From: an uncultured Acidobacteriota bacterium
Lineage (GTDB): Bacteria; Acidobacteriota; Vicinamibacteria; Fen-336
Direction of reading: 5' to 3'
Length of the DNA stretch: 64,000 nucleotides
Assembly: GCA_963720545.1 (NCBI GenBank)
Contig: OY970399.1
Span: 256,001-320,000 of the forward strand
Part shown: positions 10,385-19,842 of the stretch, one piece after another
How positions within the stretch are numbered: the stretch's first letter is position 1
Layout of the letters: each line of letters begins with the position of its first letter
The notes under the pieces: model-generated
Seen by the model: only the letters and a program-made list of their open reading frames with translations
Told to the model about the DNA's origin: nothing
The model's database searches: none
Position numbers and translations under genes: made by a program

Positions 10385-10863
10385 GTACCCGCCTTCTCCT
10401 GCGGCAGCACGTAGGCGAAGCCTATCTGTTCGACGCCGGCCCGCTTCAGCAGGTCGACGACCGCGATCACGCGTCCGTAGCGCAACCGCTCGTCGGCGCG
10501 CAGGTAGACGACCTTGCTGACGCGGCCCCGCATCTCGCGGTTCATGCGGTCCTCGAGAATCGCCATGTCCACCGGCCGGTCGCCGATGAACACGCGGCCC
10601 TCGCCGTCGATCGAGACCGTGATGCGGTCCTCGGGCTCGTTCTTCGGCAGGTTCGCGACCGGCAGCGACACGTCGATGCCGCGGCTCATCATCGGCGCCG
10701 TTACCATGAAGACGAGCAGCAGCACCAGCACCACGTCCACGAGCGGCGTGACGTTGATCTCGCCGAGCGCATGCGCGGCGCCGGCGCGCGAGCGCAGCGT
10801 GCGATAGGTCTGTCCGGCGCTGTGGGCGGCGCCGCCGCCTTCGCCTGGAGACGAGGCCTGCAT
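10381..10863 (-). CDS. tolR: TolR/ExbD biopolymer transport protein
   Basis: EINVTPLVDVVLVLLLVFMVTAP, LRADERLRYG. Confidence 0.9.
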   Translation of the reverse strand: MQASSPGEGGGAAHSAGQTYRTLRSRAGAAHALGEINVTPLVDVVLVLLLVFMVTAPMMSRGIDVSLPVANLPKNEPEDRITVSIDGEGRVFIGDRPVDMAILEDRMNREMRGRVSKVVYLRADERLRYGRVIAVVDLLKRAGVEQIGFAYVLPQEKAGT

Positions 10864-11610
10864 CTAGGTGAAGTTGCGCTCGACGATGTTCAGGAACTCG
10901 AGCGCGAAGTCGTCCATCATGTTGTTGAGGACGCGCACGCGGCTGTTGTAGGCGTTGTAGAAGACCGCGGCGGGAATCGCGGCAACCAGGCCGGCGGCGG
11001 TGGTGATCAGCGCCTCCGAGATGCCCGGCGCCACCACCGCGAGGTTCGCGGAGGCCATGCGGCCGATGTTCTCGAACGCGTTCATGATCCCCCAGACGGT
11101 GCCGAACAGGCCGATGAACGGCGTCACGCTCGCGGTGGTCGCCAGGAACGACAGGCGCCGTTCGAGGCGCGTCGACTCGCCGCCCGCGGCCCGCACCAGC
11201 GCGCGCGACACGGCCTCGAGCGAACGCACCACCGGCCGGGCCTGCGGATTTGCCGGCGCGTTTCGCACCTGCTGGTTCACCTCGAGGTAGCCCGCCTGAA
11301 AGACGCCCACCAGCGGACTGGCGCGCAGCTGCGGGCAGACGGCGTTCACCTCGGAGAACTTCGAGCTCTTGCGGAAGATGTCGAGGAACGTGCGGCTCTG
11401 GGCCTGGGCGCGGCGCAGGCTGACCGCCTTGTTGATGATGATGGCGAAGGACATCAAGGAGAACAGGACGAGAGTGAGCAGCACGAAGCGGGCGACCCAC
11501 CCGGTGTGGGCCAGGAGCCCGGGGATGCCGCCCGCGAAACCCTCGCCGCCGGTCGCGGCAACTTGACCCAGCAGGGCAAGGCTGCCGCTAAACTGTCCAT
11601 TTAGTATCAC
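10864..11610 (-). CDS. tolQ: TolQ/ExbB/MotA proton-channel protein (start uncertain)
   Basis: PFIGLFGTVWGIM, VAPGISEALITTAAGL. Confidence 0.92.
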   Translation of the reverse strand: MILNGQFSGSLALLGQVAATGGEGFAGGIPGLLAHTGWVARFVLLTLVLFSLMSFAIIINKAVSLRRAQAQSRTFLDIFRKSSKFSEVNAVCPQLRASPLVGVFQAGYLEVNQQVRNAPANPQARPVVRSLEAVSRALVRAAGGESTRLERRLSFLATTASVTPFIGLFGTVWGIMNAFENIGRMASANLAVVAPGISEALITTAAGLVAAIPAAVFYNAYNSRVRVLNNMMDDFALEFLNIVERNFT

Positions 11611-11621
11611 TTGGCGAGCGT

Positions 11622-11645
11622 GCCACAAGGGATTGTGGCTGTCAA
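11622..11645. promoter_or_regulatory. Inverted repeat GCCACAA-N4-TTGTGGC abutting a minus-strand TTGACA in the divergent tolQ/recN intergenic region
   Basis: gccacaa ggga ttgtggc at 11622-11639; tgtcaa at 11640-11645. Confidence 0.4.
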
Positions 11646-11731
11646 GGAGAAATCCCGAGCAAAATACCCGCAACCACTAGATAATTGGAGAGTTAGGCGG
11701 TAAAATCCCGCGCGGCCCGCGAACCAAAGTA

Positions 11732-13423
11732 ATGCTTAAACTGCTGATAGTAAAGAACATAGCGCTGAGCGCCTCGGTGGAGCTCGAATTCGCTCCCGGG
11801 CTCAACCTGTTGACAGGTGAAACGGGGGCCGGAAAGAGCCTCGTCGTCGATGCGCTGGGGCTGGTTCTCGGCGCCCGCGGCGACGCCGAACTGATCCGCA
11901 CCGGCGAGAAAACCGCGACCGTGGAAGCCGTGTTCGACGTGCCTGGAATCGGGGCGCTTCTCGAGGCACGCGGCCTCCCGGTGGACGGCGACGAGGTGAT
12001 CCTGCGCCGCGAGCTGGGCGCCGCCGGCCGTTCGCGCGCTGCCGTCAACGGCGCGCTCGTTCCCGTCGCCACGCTGCGCGAGCTGGCGCCGGCCCTCGCC
12101 GCCATCCATGGCCAGAACGAGCACCGCGATCTCCTCGACGAGGACAGCCACGGCGAGTTCCTGGACGAGTTCGCCGGGCTCCTCGCCGAGCGTGCTGCCC
12201 TCGGCGACGCGTACCGAGACCTGCGCGCGGCTGAGGCAGAGCTCGAAGCGACGACGGCGGGCGAGCGCGGCCTCGCCGACCGGCGGGAGTTCCTTTCCTT
12301 CCAGCTCACCGAGATCGACCGCGCGGCGCTCGAGCCAGGCGAGGACGAGATCCTCGCCGCCGAACGCGTGGTGCAAGCGAACTCGGGCCGCCTCGCCGGG
12401 CTCTCGAGCGAGGCATACGCGGCGCTCTACGAAGACGAGGGTGCCGTCCTCGAGAAGCTAGCCGCCATCTACCGCAAGGTGCAGGAACTCGCGGCGCTCG
12501 ACCCGCGGTTCGCGCCACACCTCGAGAGCCGCGCCGCCGTCACGGCAAGCCTCGACGAGCTGGCGCTCTTCCTGCGCGACTACAAGGACACGCTCGGCGC
12601 CGACCCCGCGCGTCTCGATGCCATCGAGTCGCGACTCGCGCTCATCGACCGCCTGAAGAAGCGCCACGGCGGCTCGCTCGTCGCGGTTCTCGAATTCGCG
12701 GAGCGCACTCGCGACGAGCTCGGCTTGTCGCGGTCGCCTGAGGAGACGCTGGCGCTCCTCGAGAAGCGCGTGTCGGACGGCCGACAACGCTATCGCGCGC
12801 TCGCAGTTGCGCTGTCGGCGAAGCGGCGCAAGGCAGCGCTCGTCCTCGAGAAGCGCGTGTTGCGCGAGCTCGGCGAGCTGGCGATGGAGAAGACGGCGTT
12901 CACCGTTGCGCTCTCTTCATCGAACGAACCCGAACTCTGGGGAGCAACCGGCTTCGACCGGCCGCAGTTCTGCATCTCGGCAAACGTCGGCGAAGAGTCG
13001 CGGCCGCTCGCGCGCGTCGCGTCGGGCGGAGAGCTGTCGCGCATCCTGCTCGCGCTGCGCACCGTGGAAGCGGGAAGGAAGAATCGCGCCACTGCGGTCT
13101 TCGATGAAGTCGACTCGGGAATCGGCGGCAGGGTTGCAGAAGTCGTCGGGCGCAAGCTGCGCGCGGTGGCGCAGTATCGCCAGGTCCTCTGCGTCACGCA
13201 CCTCGCCGCTGTCGCCTCGCAGGCCGACGCGCACTTCGTGGTGCGCAAGCGCGTGGCTTCGGGCCGCACGCTCAGCGAAGTGGCCGAGCTCGATGCGGCC
13301 GGACGCATCGAAGAGATCGCGCGGATGATGGGCGGCGAGACCATAACCGCCACCAGCCGCAAGCACGCGCGTGAGATGCTGGAGCATGCACAGGCGAAGC
13401 CGCGCGTGAAGGCGGGCGAGTGA
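11732..13423 (+). CDS. recN: DNA repair protein RecN
   Basis: LTGETGAGKS, IHGQNEH, ASGGELSR, FDEVDSGIGG, CVTHL. Confidence 0.97.
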   Translation: MLKLLIVKNIALSASVELEFAPGLNLLTGETGAGKSLVVDALGLVLGARGDAELIRTGEKTATVEAVFDVPGIGALLEARGLPVDGDEVILRRELGAAGRSRAAVNGALVPVATLRELAPALAAIHGQNEHRDLLDEDSHGEFLDEFAGLLAERAALGDAYRDLRAAEAELEATTAGERGLADRREFLSFQLTEIDRAALEPGEDEILAAERVVQANSGRLAGLSSEAYAALYEDEGAVLEKLAAIYRKVQELAALDPRFAPHLESRAAVTASLDELALFLRDYKDTLGADPARLDAIESRLALIDRLKKRHGGSLVAVLEFAERTRDELGLSRSPEETLALLEKRVSDGRQRYRALAVALSAKRRKAALVLEKRVLRELGELAMEKTAFTVALSSSNEPELWGATGFDRPQFCISANVGEESRPLARVASGGELSRILLALRTVEAGRKNRATAVFDEVDSGIGGRVAEVVGRKLRAVAQYRQVLCVTHLAAVASQADAHFVVRKRVASGRTLSEVAELDAAGRIEEIARMMGGETITATSRKHAREMLEHAQAKPRVKAGE

Positions 13424-14739
13424 CGGCACAGCCGCGCCGCTATTTCGTCGAGACGTTCGGCTGCCAGATGAACGTCAACGATTCCGAGAAGGTCATCGGC
13501 CTGCTCGAATCCGCCGGCCATCAACCGGCCGCGAGCGCGCAGCAGGCCGACTTCATTTTCATCAACACCTGTGCGGTGCGCGAGAAAGCCGCCGAGAAAC
13601 TGTTCTCGGCGCTCGGACGATTCGGCGCGCGCAAGAGGCAGGAGCCCAATCTCGTGGTCGCGGTCGGCGGCTGCGTCGCGCAGCTGCAGGGCACCGATGT
13701 CGCGAAGCGCGCGCCGTACGTGGACATCCTGGTGGGCACGCACAACTTCGGGCGCGTGCCGGAATTGCTCGACGAATTCGAGCGCACACGTTTCCGCCAG
13801 GTGGACCTCGATCGCAAGGCGAGCACCTTCGCGATTCCTACCGAAGTCGTGGCGCACGCGAATCCCGTGCGTGCGTTCGTCACAGTGACCGAGGGCTGCA
13901 ATCACGTCTGTAGCTTCTGCGTCGTGCCGCGCACGCGCGGACCGGAGGTTTGTCGGACGGCCGACAGTGTCGTCGATGAGGTGCGCGCGCTGGTGGCGCG
14001 CGGCTACCGCGAGGTGATGCTGCTCGGACAAACGGTGAACGCGTACGCTCACGACAGTTGCGACTTCACCTCACTGTTGGAACGCGTCGCGAGCATTCAC
14101 GGCCTTGCGCGCCTGCGCTTCACCACGTCCCATCCGCAACACGTCGACGAACGGTTCGCGCGTGCTCTGCGCGACATCGACGCGCTGTGCCCCTACCTGC
14201 ACTTGCCTGTGCAGACGGGTTCCGATCGGGTGCTGGCGCACATGCGCCGCGGCTACACACGCGATGAGTACTGTCGGACGGCCGACATGCTGCGCCGCTT
14301 CACTCCCGACCTCGCGCTCACGTCCGACATCATCGTCGGCTATCCCGGTGAGACTGAGGCCGAGTTCGAGGAAACGGTTTCGCTCATCGAGCAGGTCGGC
14401 TTCGACGGCGTCTTCGTATTCGCGTACTCGCCGCGTCCGGGCACCACCGCGCATCGCATCGTTGATGACGTCACCGAGGAAGAGAAGCTGCGCCGACTAC
14501 ACGTGGTGAACTCGATGCAGCAGCGGTTGCAGCACGCGCGCAACCTCGGCGCGATCGGCACCAGGCAACGGGTGCTGGTCGAGAACGCCACCGGCGCGGG
14601 CCGCGTCTCGGGCCGCACGCCGCACTTCCGCCTCGTGCACTTCGCCGGTGAGGCGTCGCAGATCAACTCGTTGGTGGACGTGGATATCACCGCCGCCACG
14701 CCGAACGCGTTGCAAGGAAACGTCGCCGGCGCGCACTGA
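13420..14739 (+). CDS. miaB: tRNA-2-methylthio-N6-dimethylallyladenosine synthase MiaB (radical SAM)
   Basis: TFGCQMN, NTCAVREKA, CNHVCSFC, YSPRPGT, C-terminal TRAM domain. Confidence 0.95.
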   Translation: MTAQPRRYFVETFGCQMNVNDSEKVIGLLESAGHQPAASAQQADFIFINTCAVREKAAEKLFSALGRFGARKRQEPNLVVAVGGCVAQLQGTDVAKRAPYVDILVGTHNFGRVPELLDEFERTRFRQVDLDRKASTFAIPTEVVAHANPVRAFVTVTEGCNHVCSFCVVPRTRGPEVCRTADSVVDEVRALVARGYREVMLLGQTVNAYAHDSCDFTSLLERVASIHGLARLRFTTSHPQHVDERFARALRDIDALCPYLHLPVQTGSDRVLAHMRRGYTRDEYCRTADMLRRFTPDLALTSDIIVGYPGETEAEFEETVSLIEQVGFDGVFVFAYSPRPGTTAHRIVDDVTEEEKLRRLHVVNSMQQRLQHARNLGAIGTRQRVLVENATGAGRVSGRTPHFRLVHFAGEASQINSLVDVDITAATPNALQGNVAGAH

Positions 14740-14741
14740 CG

Positions 14742-14771
14742 TTGACGGGCGGCTTTCACCGCCCCTATATT
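14742..14771 (+). promoter_or_regulatory. Putative sigma70-type promoter for the DUF151 gene
   Basis: TTGACG-18 nt-TATATT ending 10 nt before the ATG; no Shine-Dalgarno. Confidence 0.45.
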
Positions 14772-14781
14772 CGTCGCCACC

Positions 14782-15267
14782 ATGGAGATTGCTGTCGAGG
14801 TGCGCGGCCTGCTCGTCGATCCCACCACCAACAGCCCCATCATCGTGCTGCGCGAACGCGACGGCGGCCGGTTGCTTCCGATCTGGGTGGGTGTTTTCGA
14901 AGCGAACGCGATCGCGATGGAGATCGAAGGCGTCAGCGCGCCGCGGCCGATGACGCACGACCTCACGCTGCGGCTCATCGGTCACCTGCAGGGCCGCATC
15001 GAGAGGGTGGTCGTCTGGTCGCTGCAGGAAAACACCTTCTACGCGCTCATCTTTCTCGATGCGGGGTTGAGCGAGCCCGTGCCTGTGGACGCGCGGCCGT
15101 CCGATGCGATCGCCCTGGCGCTGCGTGCGAACGCGCCGATCTTCGTTGCCGAAGACGTACTCGCCTCGACCGCCGAAAAGACTTCCGGGCGTTCGGAAAA
15201 CGTCGATCGGTTGCGTCAGTGGCTCGAAGGCTTGCCCGACGAGGACCTCGGCAAATACAAGATGTAG
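14782..15267 (+). CDS. Bifunctional nuclease family protein (DUF151)
   Basis: LPIWVGVFEANAIA, RPMTHDL, DARPSDAIALALR. Confidence 0.92.
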   Translation: MEIAVEVRGLLVDPTTNSPIIVLRERDGGRLLPIWVGVFEANAIAMEIEGVSAPRPMTHDLTLRLIGHLQGRIERVVVWSLQENTFYALIFLDAGLSEPVPVDARPSDAIALALRANAPIFVAEDVLASTAEKTSGRSENVDRLRQWLEGLPDEDLGKYKM

Positions 15268-15286
15268 CGGATAAGTCTCACACCGC

Positions 15287-15328
15287 CACAATTTGTGCTT
15301 GACGGTTCTTCCGCGCATTTCCTATCAT
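15287..15328 (+). promoter_or_regulatory. Putative parAB promoter with an upstream palindrome
   Basis: CACAA-T-TTGTG (15287-15297), then TTGACG (15299)-18 nt-TATCAT (15323). Confidence 0.45.
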
Positions 15329-15369
15329 CCCGACGTGCCCCACTCCTTGAGCCTGACCTTGGTGTCTTC

Positions 15370-16131
15370 GTGAGCGCAACCGTCATAGCCATCGCGAACC
15401 AGAAGGGAGGCGTGGGGAAGACGACAACCGCCATCAACCTCGCCGCCGCCCTCGCCCTGCGGGGTTTCCGGACCCTGCTCATCGACCTCGATCCCCAGGC
15501 GAACTCGTCCCTCACTTACCTGGAGTTCGACGCCGCCAACCGCTCGATGTACGAAGTCCTCTCCGAGGGCGCGGGCATCGAGGAGGTCGCCCTGCCAACC
15601 AAGGTGCCGAAGCTGTTCGTGGCCCCGGCGCGCATCGGCCTTGCCAAGCTCGAGGCCAAGCTCGCGGGCGAGATGGACGCGCCGTTCCGCCTCAAGGACA
15701 AGCTCGCGGAAGTGGCCGAGCCCTACGACTACGTCGTCATCGACACTCCGCCGGCGCTCGGCATCATCACCGTCAACGCGCTGGTTGCGGCAACCCACCT
15801 TCTGGTGCCGGTGCAGTCGAGCTATTTCGCGCTCGAGGGCACCGACGACCTGCTGGAAACGGTGGAGCGCGTGCGCTCGCGGCCGAACCCGGAACTGAAG
15901 CTGCTGGGTGCCGTCATCACGCTCCACGACAAGCGCACCACGCTCGCGCGCGACGTGCAGAAGGCGATCGCCGACGTGTTCGGCAACCGCGTCTTCAAGA
16001 CCACCATAACGCGCAGCATCCGCCTCGAGGAGAGCCCTGCGCATCGCGAACCGATCTTCAGTTTTGCGCCGCAGTCGAGCGGCGCGCTTGAGTACTACAA
16101 GCTGTGTGAGGAGGTCATCGAACGTGTCTAG
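15370..16131 (+). CDS. parA: ParA/Soj family ATPase
   Basis: NQKGGVGKTTT, DLDPQAN, DTPPALG, LEESP. Confidence 0.93.
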   Translation: MSATVIAIANQKGGVGKTTTAINLAAALALRGFRTLLIDLDPQANSSLTYLEFDAANRSMYEVLSEGAGIEEVALPTKVPKLFVAPARIGLAKLEAKLAGEMDAPFRLKDKLAEVAEPYDYVVIDTPPALGIITVNALVAATHLLVPVQSSYFALEGTDDLLETVERVRSRPNPELKLLGAVITLHDKRTTLARDVQKAIADVFGNRVFKTTITRSIRLEESPAHREPIFSFAPQSSGALEYYKLCEEVIERV

Positions 16132-16972
16132 CACTCGTCGCTTCGGTTTGCCCACCGCCGTCCGCATGAGGCACGACGAGCATTTCGTCGACCGTCTCAA
16201 TCGCTCCGCCGGAATCCCGATCGGACGCCTCATCCCGATCGAGGACATCCACCCGAATCCCGAACAGCCGCGCCACGACATCGGCGACCTGTCGGAGCTC
16301 ATTGCCTCGGTGCGCGAGAAGGGCGTGCTCGAGCCGATCCTGGTGCGGCCGCGCGGCAGCGGCTACCAGATCATCGCCGGCGAGCGCCGCTATCGGGCGG
16401 CGCAGGAAGTCGGCCTCGCCGAGATTCCCTGCGTGGTGCGCGACTCCTCGGACGCCGAGTCGCTCGAGATCGCGCTCATCGAGAACCTGCAGCGCAAGGA
16501 CCTGCACGCCTTCGAAGAAGCCGAGGGCCTGCGCGTCCTCGCAGACACCTACGGCTACACGCACGAAGACCTCGCGGAGAAACTGGGACGCAGCCGGTCG
16601 TCAGTCACGGAAACGCTCAACCTCACGCAGATGCCCGATGAAGTGCGCGAGCTGTGCCGCTTCTCGAACATCACGTCGAAGTCGCTCCTGCTGCAGATCG
16701 TGCGCCTTGGCTCGGCCGAGGACATGATCGGCCTCATCAACCAGCTGCAGGAGCAGGGCACGCCCACCTCGCAGGGTGCCAGAAGGCTGCGGCAGGAGCT
16801 GAAGCCGGCGCCGGCATCAGGTGCGACGGCAAAGCCACGCCATTTCGTCTTCCGCTACCAGCCCGAGGAAAAGAACTTCCGTGTGACGCTGCAGTTCCGC
16901 AAGCAGCAGGTGCCACGCGAAGAGCTGATCGATGCCCTGCAGCGCATCATCAAGGAGCTGCGAGAAGCTTAA
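16124..16972 (+). CDS. parB: ParB/Spo0J family partition protein
   Basis: PNPEQPR, IIAGERRYRA, ENLQRKDL, HTH LAEKLGRSRS. Confidence 0.93.
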   Translation: MSSTRRFGLPTAVRMRHDEHFVDRLNRSAGIPIGRLIPIEDIHPNPEQPRHDIGDLSELIASVREKGVLEPILVRPRGSGYQIIAGERRYRAAQEVGLAEIPCVVRDSSDAESLEIALIENLQRKDLHAFEEAEGLRVLADTYGYTHEDLAEKLGRSRSSVTETLNLTQMPDEVRELCRFSNITSKSLLLQIVRLGSAEDMIGLINQLQEQGTPTSQGARRLRQELKPAPASGATAKPRHFVFRYQPEEKNFRVTLQFRKQQVPREELIDALQRIIKELREA

Positions 16973-17007
16973 GTAAAGCTCCAGGAACTCGCTACTAAGT
17001 GGCTATC

Positions 17008-17694
17008 TTAGCTGGCTTTTTTGAGACTGGAGCGTCGAAACTTGTCCCATGGGATTCGGGTGGCGTGGACGATGTCCCAGAAGCCATTGGTGAGGCCGTA
17101 GCCCGTTTCCACCCCGACCTGGCTGTGGTGGAACCAATGATGGCGCTTGATGTAGCGCCAGTACTTGGAGCGGAAGTCGTAGAAGTGCACCGATTGGTGC
17201 ACCCACTCCTCGCCGATGTAGGCCACCATGAGGCCCGCCAGGAAGGTTGGCGCGGTGGCGACGGGTGCCAGGAAGCTGAGCGCCGCCACCGGCCCCAGGG
17301 CGGGCAGGGTGTCCTTCAGGGTGCCGTTGATGTGGTTGCCGTCCCAGGGCCGGGCATGGTGCTCATAGTGCAGGTGGTCGAAAAGGTCGTGACTCACTTT
17401 TCGCATACCGGCACCCTTCGGAAAACGCCCGTGGAGGATGAAGCGGTGGACCAGGTATTCGACCCAGGTCCAGGCGGCCGCACCAGCCGCGAACCAGGCG
17501 ATGGGCTGCCACCATGCGGACGCGCTGCGAAACGCCAGGAAGAGCACGATCAGCCCGTAACCGAGGTACGTGACGGTTACCGGGTACAACCGGCGGCGCG
17601 CACGGCGAGCTTCACCTTTCCAGTCGATTCCGACCGGAAACTTCGGGGGTGGCAGGCCCAATTCGGATTTGTGATTCGAGCTAGGTCCGTTCAC
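17008..17694 (-). CDS. Fatty-acid hydroxylase/sterol desaturase family protein (FA2H/Scs7-like); start uncertain
   Basis: WTWVEYLVHRFILH, HYEHH, HQSVH, HHWFHH, GYGLTNGFWD; TATACT just upstream of GTG 17694. Confidence 0.85.
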   Translation of the reverse strand: MNGPSSNHKSELGLPPPKFPVGIDWKGEARRARRRLYPVTVTYLGYGLIVLFLAFRSASAWWQPIAWFAAGAAAWTWVEYLVHRFILHGRFPKGAGMRKVSHDLFDHLHYEHHARPWDGNHINGTLKDTLPALGPVAALSFLAPVATAPTFLAGLMVAYIGEEWVHQSVHFYDFRSKYWRYIKRHHWFHHSQVGVETGYGLTNGFWDIVHATRIPWDKFRRSSLKKAS

Positions 17695-17875
17695 GGCTGT
17701 GATCCAGTATACGTCAACGGGCGGAGTCAAGATTCCCATTTCGCTCATAAAACGATGACAAAACTGCACCCTTTCGCCGCCAACGGGCGGGCTGATAAGA
17801 TGTTGCGGCTCAGGCGGCAGTCGTCGTGCGTGTAGCGAGTTCGGCCGCTTGAGGCCGGACGACCAGGGAGGGTGT

Positions 17876-19174
17876 ATGGACGCGGCCCAAAAGGCAGCGC
17901 AGAAGGAGAACGACACGGACCGCACAACGTTCGCCGACTACGACCACAGCAACTTCTACTACGGCGCGGGGGACGACCCCCTGAACCTGCTCACCCCGTT
18001 CGCCGAGTGGTATGAAGAGGCGCTGCCCAACGGGTACTACCTGTATTCCGAGCCGCTGCACACGGCGCCAGGAACCGAAGTCACGGTCGAAAGCCGCAAG
18101 AACGGCGAAAAGCTCTCGCTCATCAACTTCGCGTCGTACAACTATCTGGGCATCTCCTACCGCGAGGAAGTCAAGGAAGCGGCCCGCAAGGCGGTCGACA
18201 AGTATGGCCTCGGCGCCTCCGGCTCGCCGATCCTGAGCGGCACCATGGACGTCCACGAGGAGCTGGCGACCGCGGTCGCGCGCTTCAAGGACAAGGAAGC
18301 GGCGATCCTCTTTCCCACCGGCTACAGCGCCAACGTCGGTTTCATTTCGGCGCTGATGCGGCCGGGCGACAACATCCTCCTCGACCAGTACTCGCACGCC
18401 TCGATCGTCGACGGCGCGATCCTCGCGAAGTCGAAGACCACCTTCTTCCGCCACAACAACCCGCTCGACCTGGAGCGCAAGCTGAACGGCTGCAAGGGCA
18501 AGAAGCTGGTGGTCGTGGAAGGCGTCTACTCGATGGACGGCGACGTCTGCCTGCTGCCCGAGATCGTCGAGGTCGCCAAGCGCCACGGCGCCCGCATCCT
18601 CATCGACGAGGCGCACTCCACGTTCCTGTTCGGTCCCAACGGCCGCGGCGTCGCGGAGCACTTCGGCCTCGACGGCGAGATCGACTTCCACCTCGGCACC
18701 TTCTCGAAGAGCCTCGGCGGCCAGGGCGGCTTCGTCTGCGGCTCGCAGAAGCTCATCGACTACGTCAACGCCTTCGGCCGCTCGCGCTTCTTCTCGTGCA
18801 ACCTGGCGCCAATGCTCGCCGCGGGGCTCACCGCCGGCATCGAGATCGTCGAGAACGAGCCGGAGCTGCGCGCGCGTCTGTGGGGCAATGTCGCATTCCT
18901 GCGCCGCCGCTTCGCCGAAGAGGGCATCGACATCGGCAAGTCCAACTCGCAGGTGATGCCGGTGATGGTGAACAACGACCAGAAAGTGTTCGCGGTCGCC
19001 GAGAAGATCCAGGAACGCGGCTTGTTCCTGCAGCCGGTCACGTATCCCGCGGTGCCGAAGCACAAGTCGCGCCTGCGGATCTCCGTTTCGGCGGCACACT
19101 CTGAACAACAGCTCGAGAGGGCGGTGGGCATCATCAAGAGTGTGCTGGTCGAAGAGGGGATATGCCGGCGCTGA
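17876..19174 (+). CDS. spt: Alpha-oxoamine synthase, probably serine palmitoyltransferase
   Basis: NYLG, DQYSHAS, EGVYSMDGD, DEAHS, PLP-lysine motif GTFSKS (SPT-like rather than BioF-like); all neighbours are lipid genes; GGAGG RBS. Confidence 0.75.
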   Translation: MDAAQKAAQKENDTDRTTFADYDHSNFYYGAGDDPLNLLTPFAEWYEEALPNGYYLYSEPLHTAPGTEVTVESRKNGEKLSLINFASYNYLGISYREEVKEAARKAVDKYGLGASGSPILSGTMDVHEELATAVARFKDKEAAILFPTGYSANVGFISALMRPGDNILLDQYSHASIVDGAILAKSKTTFFRHNNPLDLERKLNGCKGKKLVVVEGVYSMDGDVCLLPEIVEVAKRHGARILIDEAHSTFLFGPNGRGVAEHFGLDGEIDFHLGTFSKSLGGQGGFVCGSQKLIDYVNAFGRSRFFSCNLAPMLAAGLTAGIEIVENEPELRARLWGNVAFLRRRFAEEGIDIGKSNSQVMPVMVNNDQKVFAVAEKIQERGLFLQPVTYPAVPKHKSRLRISVSAAHSEQQLERAVGIIKSVLVEEGICRR

Positions 19175-19827
19175 CCCGATACGGATATTCCAACGCCATC
19201 AGCGGCTTCTTCGAGTTTCCAACCGAAAACGCGCGGCAGATACTGCCGGCGCACCTCGAGCCGGTGGAGCTGCACCACGGCACCAGCGTCTTCTCCATGA
19301 CCTGCTTCGACTTCACCGAGAGCATGGTGGGGTCGTACGGTGAAGTGGTGATGTCGGTGATCGTGGCGCCGCTTGTGAAACCGGGCGAACGCCTGCCGAA
19401 GTCGGCGTTCTACCCGTACCTTGTCGCGACCACCACGGCGGCGGCGCGCGAGCATGCGATCGAGCGCTGGCACCTGCCGCACTGGATGGAAGACGTGGCG
19501 ATGAGCTTCGACAACGCCGCGGGCATGATGACGTCACGGGTGACACTCGACGGCGAGCCGGTGGCCGAGCTCAGCATCAGCGAGCATCAGTGGCATCCGG
19601 TGTCGCATCTCTACCAGTCGTTCATGAAGGACGACTCGGGCGCTTACCTCGCCAACATCCTCATGGAAGGCCAGCAGAGCGAGCACGAGGACGAGCGCGG
19701 CAAGCTGACGCTGCACGACCATCCGTTCAACCGCTCGCTGATGATCGCCGACGTCTACGAGACGCCGTTCCGCGAGTTGTGGATGCGCGACGGGCGGCAG
19801 ACGTTCGATCCGCTGGTGACGCTCTAG
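19162..19827 (+). CDS. Acetoacetate-decarboxylase-like fold protein, function unknown
   Basis: ARQILPAHLEP, FDFTESMVGSYGE pattern; overlaps the spt stop. Confidence 0.6.
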   Translation: MPALTRYGYSNAISGFFEFPTENARQILPAHLEPVELHHGTSVFSMTCFDFTESMVGSYGEVVMSVIVAPLVKPGERLPKSAFYPYLVATTTAAAREHAIERWHLPHWMEDVAMSFDNAAGMMTSRVTLDGEPVAELSISEHQWHPVSHLYQSFMKDDSGAYLANILMEGQQSEHEDERGKLTLHDHPFNRSLMIADVYETPFRELWMRDGRQTFDPLVTL

Positions 19828-19842
19828 AACGAGCGGCGGCTC

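Noticed and set aside
9626..11500. Apparently long fusion ORFs in the track (also 3855-5417, 20663-22537, 22692-24275, 38851-41139, 40101-44132, 47109-49625, 51317-53659)
   Set aside because: The N-terminal extensions are off-frame readings of the upstream gene; the real starts are at the coupled ATG/GTG codons given in the features.
17876..19174. BioF (biotin synthesis) assignment
   Set aside because: No bio genes nearby; the GTFSKS motif and all-lipid neighbourhood favour SPT, though this is not proven.
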